Shown: positions 54,181-64,000 of the stretch, piece after piece
Position numbering within the stretch: position 1 is the stretch's first letter
Layout: every line of letters starts with the position of its first letter
Position numbers and translations under genes: made by a program
Assembly (NCBI GenBank): GCA_964016885.1
Contig: OZ024742.1
Span: forward strand, 168,206,001-168,270,000
Direction: 5' to 3'
Source: Eledone cirrhosa
Taxonomy: Eukaryota
Length of the DNA stretch: 64,000 bases
Notes under the pieces: generated by a model
Seen by the model: the letters and a program-made list of their open reading frames with translations, nothing else
Databases searched by the model: none
Told to the model about the DNA's origin: nothing

Positions 54181-55590
54181 AATCATTAAAATCCCATTAA
54201 AAATACATTAAAGGCCCATTAAAAACGCCATAAAAAATCCATTAAAAAAAATCAATTAAAAAAAATTCAATCAAAAACCCATAAAAGAAACATTAAAACA
54301 GCATTTAAAAAACCCATTAAAAATTCATTAAAAAAATCCATTTAAAAAATCCATTAAAAATCCATTAAAAATCCATTAAAAATCCATTAAAAATACATTA
54401 AAAATCCATTAAAAAAAAATCCATTAAAAAAATCCATTTAAAAAAATCCATTAAAAACCCATTAAAAATCCATTAAAAAATCCATTTAAAAACCCATTAA
54501 AAAAAATCCATTAAAAAAATATATTTAAAAAATCCATTAAAAAAAAATCCATTTAAAAAACCCATTAAAAAAATCCATTAAAAAAATCCATTTAAAAAAT
54601 CCATTAAAAAAAATCCATTAAAAAAAATCCATTAAAAGCTCAATCAAAAACCCATTAAAAACGCCATAAAAAATCCATTGAAAAAATCCATTAAAAAAAA
54701 ACTCAATCAAAAACCCATAAAAGAAACATTAAAACAGCATTTAAAAATCCATTAAAAATCCATTAAAAATCCATTAAAAATCCATTAAAAATTCATTAAA
54801 AAATCCATTTAAAAAACCCATTAAAAAAACCATTTAAAAAATCCATTAAAAAAAATCCATTTAAAAAAACCCATTAAAAAAAATCCATTAAAAATCCATT
54901 AAAAAAAATCCATTTAAAAAAATTCATTAAAAAATCCATTAAAAATCCATTAAAAATCCATTAAAAATCCATTAAAAATCCATTAAAAATCCATTAAAAA
55001 ATCCATTTAAAAAACCCATTAAAAAAAGCCATTAAAAAATCCATTTAAAAAATCCATTAAAAAAAATCCATTTAAAACAACCCATTAAAAAAAATCCATT
55101 AAAAAAAATCCATTAAAAAAAACCCATTAAAAAAAATCCATTAAAAAAATCCATTTAAAAAATCCATTAAAAAAAATCCATTAAAAAAAATCCATAAAAA
55201 AATCCATTAAAAAAATCCACTAAAAATCCATTAAAAAAAATCCATTTAAAAAAGCCATTAAAAAATCCATTAAAAATCCATTAAAAATCCATTTCAAAAA
55301 CCCATTAAAAAATCCATTAAAAAAATCCATTTAAAAAATCCATTAAAAAAAATCCATTTAAAAAAACCCATTAAAAAAAATCCATTAAAAAAATCCATTT
55401 AAAAAATCCATTAAAAAAAATCCATTAAAAAAATCCATAAAAAAAATCCATTAAAAAAAATCCATTAAAAAAAAATCCGTTAAAAAAAATCCATTAAAAA
55501 CTCAATCAAAAACCCAATTAAAAGGCCATAAAAGAAACATTAAAACAGCATTTAAAATACCATTAAAAACGCCATAAAAAATCATTAAAA

Positions 55591-55647
55591 TTGTTTTTTA
55601 TGAAATTTATAATATGGCTTTTAATGAATTTTTTAATGGGCTTTTAG
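55591..55647 (-). repeat. 57-bp inverted insert, copy 23 (T allele)
   Basis: T-allele string. Confidence 0.93.
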
Positions 55648-58602
55648 AATCATTAAAATCCCATTAAAAATACATTAAAGGCCCATTAAAAACGCCATAA
55701 AAAATCCATTAAAAAAATCCATTAAAAAAAAACTCAATCAAAAACCCATAAAAGAAACATTAAAACAGCATTTAAAAAACCCATTAAAAATTCATTAAAA
55801 AAAATCCATTTAAAAAATCCATTAAAAAATACATTAAAAATCCATTAAAAATCCATTAAAAATCCATTAAAAAATCCAATTAAAAAAATCCATTAAAAAA
55901 ATCCATTAAAAAATCCATTAAAAACCCATTAAAAATCCATTAAAAATCCATTAAAAATCCATTAAAAAATCCATTTAAAAAACCCATTAAAAAAATCCAT
56001 TAAAAAAATCCATTAAAAAATCCATTAAAAAAAATCCATTTAAAAAAACCCATTAAAAAAAATCCATTAAAAAAATCCATTTAAAAAATCCATAAAAAAA
56101 AATCCATTAAAAAAATCCATTAAAAAAAATCCATTAAAAAAAAAATCCGTTAAAAAAAATCCATTAAAAATCCATTAAAAATCCATTAAAAACCCATTAA
56201 AAATCCATTAAAAATCCATTTAAAAAAATCCATTAAAAAAATCCATTAAAAAAATCCATTTAAAAAATCCATTAAAAAAAATCCATTAAAAAAAAATCCA
56301 TTAAAAAAAATCCATTAAAAAAAATCAATTTAAAAAAATCCATTAAAAATCCATTAAAAAAATCCATTTAAAAAAATCCATTAAAAACCCATTAAAAATC
56401 CATTAAAAAATCCATTTAAAAAAACCATTAAAAAAAATCCATTAAAAAAATCCATTTAAAAAATCCATTAAAAAAAAATCCATTAAAAAAACCCATTTAA
56501 AAAAACCCATTAAAAAAAATCCATTAAAAATCCATTAAAAAAAATCCATTTAAAAAAATTCATTAAAAAATCCATTAAAAATCCATTAAAAATCCATTAA
56601 AAATCCATTAAAAATCCATTAAAAAGCCATTAAAAAATCCATTTAAAAAACCCATTAAAAAAAGCATTAAAAAATCCATTTAAAAAATCCATTAAAAAAA
56701 ATCCATTTAAAACAACCCATTAAAAAAAATCCATTAAAAAAAACCCATTAAAAAAAATCCATTAAAAAAATCCATTTAAAAAATCCATTAAAAAAAATCC
56801 ATTAAAAAAAATCCATAAAAAAATCCATTTAAAAAATCCATTAAAAATCCATTAAAAAAAATCCATTAAAAATCCATTAAAAAAAATCCATTTAAAAAAG
56901 CCATTAAAAAATCCATTAAAAATCCATTAAAAATCCATTTAAAAAACCCATTAAAAAATCCATTAAAAAAATCCATTTAAAAAAACCCATTAAAAAAAAT
57001 CCATTAAAAAAATCCATTAGAAAATCCATTAAAAAAATCCATTAAAAAAAATCGATAAAAAAAATCCATTAAAAAAATCCATTAAAAAAAAATCCGTTAA
57101 AAAAATCCATTAAAAAAAAATCCGTTAAAAAAAATCCATTAAAAGCTCAATCAAAAACCCATTAAAAACGCCATAAAAATCATTAAAATCCCATTAAAGA
57201 TACATTAAAGGCCCATTAAAAACGCCATAAAAAATCCATTAAAAAAATCCATTAAAAAAAACTCAATCAAAAACCCATAAAAGAAACATTAAAACAGCAT
57301 TTAAAAAATCCATTAAAAATCCATTAAAAAAATCCATTTTAAAAACCCATTAAAAAAAATCCATAAAAAAAAAACTCAATCAAAAACCCATAAAAGAAAC
57401 ATTAAAACAGCATTTAAAAAATCCATTAAAAAAATCCATTAAAAAAAATCCATTAAAAAAAATCCATTAAAAAAAACCCATTAAAAAAAATCCATTTAAA
57501 AAATCCATTTAAAAAATCCATTTAAAAAATCCATTAAAAAAAATCCATTAAAAAAATCCATAAAAAAATGCATTAAAAAAATCCATTAAAAAAATCCATT
57601 AAAAAAATCCATTAAAAATCCATTAAAAAAATCCCTTTAAAAAAATCCATTAAAAAAAAATCCGTTAAAAAAAATCCATTAAAAACTCAATCAAAAACCC
57701 AATTAAAAGGCCATAAAAGAAACATTAAAACAGCATTTAAAATACCATTAAAAACGCCATAAAAAATCATTAAAATCCCATTAAAAATACATTAAAGGCC
57801 CATTAAAAACGCCATAAAAAATCCATTAAAAAAAATCCATTAAAAAAAATCCATTAAAAAAAAATCCGTTAAAAAAAATCCATTAAAAACTCAATCAAAA
57901 ACCCAATTAAAAGGCCATAAAAGAAACATTAAAACAGCATTTAAAATACCATTAAAAACGCCATAAAAAATCATTAAAATCCCATTAAAAATACATTAAA
58001 GGCCCATTAAAAACGCCATAAAAAATCCATTAAAAAAAACTCAATCAAAAACCCATAAAAGAAACATTAAAACAGCATTTAAAAAACCCATTAAAAATTC
58101 ATTAAAAAAATCCATTTAAAAAATCCATTAAAAATCCATTAAAAATCCATTAAAAATCCATTAAAAATCCATTAAAAATTCATTAAGAAATCCATTTAAA
58201 AAAATCCATTAAAAAAATCCATTAAAAAATCCATTTAAAAAATCCATAAAAAAATCCATTAAAAAAATCCATTAAAAATCCATTAAAAATCCATTAAAAA
58301 TCCATTAAAAAAACCCATTTAAAAAATCCTAAAAAATCCATTAAAAAAATCCATTAAAAAAAATCCATTTAAAAAAACCCATTAAAAAAAATCCATTAAA
58401 AAAATCCATTTAAAAAATCCATTAAAAAAAATCCATTAAAAAAAATCCATAAAAAAAATCCATTAAAAAAAATCCATTAAAAAAAAATCCGTTAAAGAAA
58501 ATCCATTAAAAACTCAATCAAAAACCCAATTAAAAGGCCATAAAAGAAACATTAAAACAGCATTTAAAATACCATTAAAAACGCCATAAAAAATCATTAA
58601 AA

Positions 58603-58659
58603 TTGTTTTTTATGAAATTTATAATATGGCTTTTAATGAACTTTTTAATGGGCTTTTAG
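58603..58659 (-). repeat. 57-bp inverted insert, copy 24 (C allele)
   Basis: C-allele string. Confidence 0.93.
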
Positions 58660-59917
58660 AATCATTAAAATCCCATTAAAAATACATTAAAGGCCCATTA
58701 AAAACGCCATAAAAAATCCATTAAAAAAAATCCATTAAAAAAAAATTCAATCAAAAACCCATAAAAGAAACATTAAAACAACATTTAAAAAACCCATTAA
58801 AAATTCATTAAAAAAATCCATTTAAAAAATCCATTAAAAATCCATTAAAAATCCATTAAAAATCCATTAAAAAATCCATTTAAAAAACCCATTAAAAAAA
58901 TCCATTAAAAAAATCCATTTAAAAATCCATTAAAAAAATCCATTTAAAAAAACCCATCAAAAAAAATCCATTAAAAAACATCAATTAAAAAAAATCCATT
59001 AAAAATCCATTAAAAAAATCCATTAAAAAAATTTTATTAAAAACCCATTAAAAATCCATTAAAAATCCATTAAAAAATCCATTTAAAAAACCCATTAAAA
59101 AAAATCCATTAAAAAAATCCATTAAAAAAAAATCCATTAAAAAAAACCCATTAAAAAAAATCCATTAAAAAAATCCATTTAAAAAATCCATTAAAAAAAT
59201 CCATTAAAAAAAACTCAATCAAAAACCCATAAAAGAAACATTAAAACAGCATTTAAAAAATCCATTAAAAATCCATTAAAAAAATCCATTTAAAAAATCC
59301 ATTAAAAAATCCATTAAAAATCCATTAAAAATCCATTAAAAAATCCATTTAAAAAAATCCATTAAAAAAATCCATTTAAAAAATCCATTAAAAAATCCAT
59401 TTAAAAAATCCATTAAAAAAAATCCATTAAAAAAAACCATTAAAAAATCCATTAAAAAAAATCCCATTAAAAATACATTAAAGGCCCATTAAAAACGCCA
59501 TAAAAAATCCATTAAAAAAATCCATTAAAAAAAAACTCAATCAAAAACCCATAAAAGAAACATTAAAACAGCATTTAAAAAACCCATTAAAAATTCATTA
59601 AAAAAAATCCATTTAAAAAATCCATTAAAAAATACATTAAAAATCCATTAAAAATCCATTAAAAATCCATTAAAAAATCCAATTAAAAAAATCCATTAAA
59701 AAAATCCATTAAAAAATCCATTTAAAAAATCCATTAAAAAAAATCCATTAAAAAAAATCCATTAAAAAAAAATCCATTAAAAAAAATCCATTAAAAAAAA
59801 AATCCGTTAAAAAAAATCCATTAAAAACTCAATCAAAAACCCAATTAAAAGGCCATAAAAGAAACATTAAAACAGCATTTAAAATACCATTAAAAACGCC
59901 ATAAAAAATCATTAAAA

Positions 59918-59974
59918 TTGTTTTTTATGAAATTTATAATATGGCTTTTAATGAACTTTTTAATGGGCTTTTAG
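59918..59974 (-). repeat. 57-bp inverted insert, copy 25 (C allele)
   Basis: C-allele string. Confidence 0.93.
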
Positions 59975-60049
59975 AATCATTAAAATCCCATTAAAAATAC
60001 ATTAAAGGCCCATTAAAAACGCCATAAAAAATCCATTAAAAAAATCCAT

Positions 60050-63000
60050 TAAAAAAAACTCAATCAAAAACCCATAAAAGAAACATTAAAACAGCATTTA
60101 AAAAATCCATTAAAAATCCATTAAAAAAATCCATTTAAAAAATCCATTAAAAAATCCATTAAAAATCCATTAAAAATCCATTAAAAAATCCATTTAAAAA
60201 AATCCATTAAAAAAATCCATTTAAAAAATCCATTAAAAAATCCATTTAAAAAATCCATTAAAAAAAATCCATTAACAAAAACCATTAAAAAATCCATTAA
60301 AAAAAATCCCATTAAAAATACATTAAAGGCCCATTAAAAACGTCATAAAAAATCCATTAAAAAAATCCATTAAAAAAAAACTCAATCAAAAACCCATAAA
60401 AGAAACATTAAAACAGCATTTAAAAAACGCATTAAAAATTCATTAAAAAAAATCCATTTAAAAAATCCATTAAAAAATCCATTAAAAATCCATTAAAAAT
60501 CCATTAAAAATCCATTAAAAATCCATTAAAAATCCATTAAAAAATCCATTTAAAAAATCCATTAAAAAAATTCATTAAAAATCCATTAAAAATCCATTAA
60601 AAATCCATTAAAAATCCATTAAAAAATCCAATTAAAAAAATCCATTAAAAAAATCCATTAAAAAATCCATTTAAAAAATCCATTAAAAAAAATCCATTAA
60701 AAAAAATCCATTAAAAAAAAATCCATTAAAAAAAACTCAATCAAAAACTCATAAAAGAAACATTAAAACAGCATTTAAAAAATCCATTAAAAAAATCCAT
60801 TTAAAAAAATCCATTAAAAAATCCATTAAAAATCCATTAAAAATCCATTAAAAATCCATTAAAAATCCATTAAAAATCCATTAAAAATCCATTAAAAATC
60901 CATTAAAAATCCATTAAAAATCCATTAAAAAATCCAATTAAAAAAATCCATTAAAAAAATCCATTAAAAAATCCTTTTAAAAAATCCATTAAAAAAAATC
61001 CATTAAAAAAAATCCATTAAAAAAAATCCATTAAAAAAAATCCATTAAAAAAAATCCATTAAAAAATAATCCGTTAAAAAAAATCCATTAAAAACTCAAT
61101 CAAAAACCCAATTAAAAGGCCATAAAAGAAACATTAAAACAGCATTTAAAATACCATTAAAAACGCCATAAAAAATCATTAAAATTGTTTTTTATGAAAT
61201 TTATAATATGGCTTTTAATGAACTTTTTAATGGGCTTTTAGAATCATTAAAATCCCATTAAAAATACATTAAAGGCCCATTAAAAACGCCATAAAAAATC
61301 CATTAAAAAAAATCCATTAAAAAAAAATTCAATCAAAAACCCATAAAAGAAACATTAAAACAGCATTTAAAAAAACCCATTAAAAATTCATTAAAAAAAT
61401 CCATTTAAAAAATCCATTAAAAATCCATTAAAAATCCATTAAAAATACATTAAAAATCCATTAAAAAAAAATCCATTACAAAAATCCATTAAAAAAAATC
61501 CATTAAAAACCCATTAAAAATCCATTAAAAAATCCATTTAAAAACCCATTAAAAAAAATCCATTAAAAAAATACATTTAAAAAATACATTAAAAAAAAAT
61601 CCATTTAAAAAATCCATTAAAAAAAATCCATTAAAAAAAATCCATTAAAAGCTCAATCAAAAACCCATTAAAAACGCCATAAAAAATCATTAAAATCCCA
61701 TTAAAAATACATTAAAGGCCCATTAAAAACGCCATAAAAAATCCATTGAAAAAATCCATTAAAAAAAAACTCAATCAAAAACCCATAAAAGAAACATTAA
61801 AACAGCATTTAAAAAAATCCATTGAAAAAATCCATTAAAAAAAATCCATTAAAAAATCCATTAAAAATCCATTAAAAATCCATTAAAAATCCATTAAAAA
61901 TTCATTAAAAAATCCATTTAAAAAACCCATTAAAAAAACCATTTAAAAAATCCATTAAAAAAAATACATTTAAAAAAACCCATTAAAAAAAATCCATTAA
62001 AAATCCATTAAAAAAAATCCATTTAAAAAAAATTCATTAAAAAATCCATTAAAAATCCATTAAAAATCCATTAAAAATCCATTAAAAATCCATTAAAAAT
62101 CCATTAAAAAATCCATTTAAAAAACCCATTAAAAAAAGCATTAAAAAATCCATTTAAAAAATCCATTAAAAAAAATCCATTTAAAACAACCCATTAAAAA
62201 AAATCCATTAAAAAAAACCCATTAAAAAAATCCATTAAAAAAATCCATTTAAAAAATCCATTAAAAAAAATCCATTAAAAAAAATCCATAAAAAAATCCA
62301 TTAAAAAAATCCATTAAAAATCCATTAAAAAAAATCCATTAAAAATCCATTAAAAAAAATCCATTTAAAAAAGCCATTAAAAAATCCATTAAAAATCCAT
62401 TAAAAATCCATTAAAAAACCCATTAAAAAATCCATTTAAAAAATCCATTAAAAAAATCCATTAAAAAAAATCCATTTAAAAAAACCCATTAAAAAAAATC
62501 CATTAAAAAAATCCATTAGAAAATCCATTAAAAAAATCCATTAAAAAAAATCGATAAAAAAAATCCATTAAAAAAAATCCATTAAAAAAAAATCCGTTAA
62601 AAAAAATCCATTAAAAAAAAATCCGTTAAAAAAAATCCATTAAAAGCTCAATCAAAAACCCATTAAAAACGCCATAAAAAATCATTAAAATCCCATTAAA
62701 GATACATTAAAGGCCCATTAAAAACGCCATAAAAAATCCATTAAAAAAATCCATTAAAAAAAACTCAATCAAAAACCCATAAAAGAAACATTAAAACAGC
62801 ATTTAAAAAATCCATTAAAAATCCATTAAAAAAATCCATTTAAAAAACCCATTAAAAAAAATCCATAAAAAAAAACTCAATCAAAAACCCATAAAAGAAA
62901 CATTAAAACAGCATTTAAAAAATCCATTAAAAAAATCCATTAAAAAAAATCCATTAAAAAAAATCCATTAAAAAAAACCCATTAAAAAAAATCCATTTAA

Positions 63001-64000
63001 AAAATCCATTTAAAAAATCCATTAAAAAAAATCCATTAAAAAAAATCCATAAAAAAATGCATTAAAAAAATCCATTAAAAAAATCCATTAAAAAAAATCC
63101 ATTAAAAATCCATTAAAAAAATCCATTTAAAAAAATCCATTAAAAAAAAATCCGTTAAAAAAAATCCATTAAAAACTCAATCAAAAACCCAATTAAAAGG
63201 CCATAAAAGAAACATTAAAACAGCATTTAAAATACCATTAAAAACGCCATAAAAAATCATTAAAATCCCATTAAAAATACATTAAAGGCCCATTAAAAAC
63301 GCCATAAAAAATCCATTAAAAAAAATCCATTAAAAAAAATCCATTAAAAAAAAATCCGTTAAAAAAAATCGATTAAAAACTCAATCAAAAACCCAATTAA
63401 AAGGCCATAAAAGAAACATTAAAACAGCATTTAAAATACCATTAAAAACGCCATAAAAAATCATTAAAATCCCATTAAAAATACATTAAAGGCCCATTAA
63501 AAACGCCATAAAAAATCCATTAAAAAAAACTCAATCAAAAACCCATAAAAGAAACATTAAAACAGCATTTAAAAAACCCATTAAAAATTCATTAAAAAAA
63601 TCCATTTAAAAAATCCATTAAAAATCCATTAAAAATCCATTAAAAATCCATTAAAAATCCAATAAAAATTCATTAAAAAATCCATTTAAAAAAATCCATT
63701 AAAAAAATCCATTAAAAAATCCATTTAAAAAATCCATTTAAAAAATCCATAAAAAAATCCATTAAAAAAATCCATTAAAAATCCATTAAAAATCCATTAA
63801 AAAATCCATTAAAAAAACCCATTTAAAAAATCCAAAAAAATCCATTTAAAAAATCCATTAAAAAAAATCCATTTAAAAAAACCCATTAAAAAAAATCCAT
63901 TAAAAAAATCCATTTAAAAAATCCATTTAAAAAAATCCATTAAAAAAATCCATAAAAAAAATCCATTAAAAAAAATCCATTAAAAAAAAATCCGTTAAAG
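60050..64000 (+). repeat. Near-identical copy of ~48535-52447 (offset ~11.5 kb), runs off the window end
   Basis: CGTCATA 48827/60341, insert 49657/61185, TCGATA 51022/62551, TCGATT 51816/63369, TCCGTTAAAG 52438/63991. Confidence 0.88.
61185..61241 (-). repeat. 57-bp inverted insert, copy 26 (C allele)
   Basis: C-allele string. Confidence 0.93.

Larger units (their letters stand above)
56500..60050 (+). repeat. Slightly diverged copy of ~50440-54250 (offset ~6.05 kb, then ~5.8 kb)
   Basis: TCGATA 51022/57052, doubled long cassette 51623/57686, inserts 52553/58603 and 54124/59918. Confidence 0.8.
1..64000 (+). repeat. Tandem satellite array, monomer TCCATT(T)-A(5-10), about 11-16 bp, runs off both window ends
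   Basis: The motif TCCATT plus an A run recurs continuously from base 1 to base 64000 in one orientation. No unique sequence is present. Copy number is roughly 5,000 (window length divided by a ~13-bp mean unit; an estimate, not a count). Confidence 0.99.

Noticed and set aside
973-63570. CRISPR-like pattern of conserved cassettes separated by variable sequence
   Set aside because: The intervening sequences are satellite monomers of widely varying length (tens to thousands of bp), not unique spacers. There are no cas genes and no leader.
1-64000. Human satellite II/III (CATTC/ATTCC)n
   Set aside because: Only the CCATT pentamer is shared. HSat2/3 are tandem pentamers without intervening A5-10 runs.
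1-64000. G-quadruplex or i-motif potential from the strand skew
   Set aside because: Mostly GG doublets separated by 9-14 nt; GGG runs are sparse, so stable canonical G4s are unlikely.
1-64000. Whole window as a sequencing or basecalling artefact
   Set aside because: Rare variants and A-run patterns recur in order at fixed multi-kb offsets, which random basecalling noise would not produce. Individual duplications still need read validation.

Overview
The whole 64 kb window is one non-coding, very AT-rich and strongly strand-asymmetric tandem satellite array. I see no genes, RNA genes, autonomous transposons or CRISPR array. The basic monomer is TCCATT (variants TCCATTT, TCCAT, CCCATT, TCCGTT, TTCATT, TACATT, GCCATT) followed by an A run of about 5-10, giving units of about 11-16 bp; G is almost absent from the + strand. 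Four layers sit on top of this. (1) A family of conserved cassettes built from diverged monomers (CTCAATC-A5-CCC..., GAAACATT-A4-CAGCATTT, CGCCAT, TCCCATT-A5-TACATT-AAA-GGCCCATT). (2) A 57-bp inverted satellite-like segment, flanked by an 11-bp direct repeat (AATCATTAAAA), seen 26 times; matching empty sites also exist, and the insert forms an imperfect palindrome with its flank. (3) Pure 11-bp phased A-tract runs. (4) Nested near-identical segmental duplications with offsets of about 0.2, 1.5, 1.9, 3.5, 6, 10.7, 11.5 and 39.6 kb. The single supplied ORF is a low-complexity artefact. The organism cannot be identified from the sequence; a eukaryotic heterochromatic (centromeric or subtelomeric) origin is an inference. 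All coordinates and counts were read by eye and may be off by a few bases.
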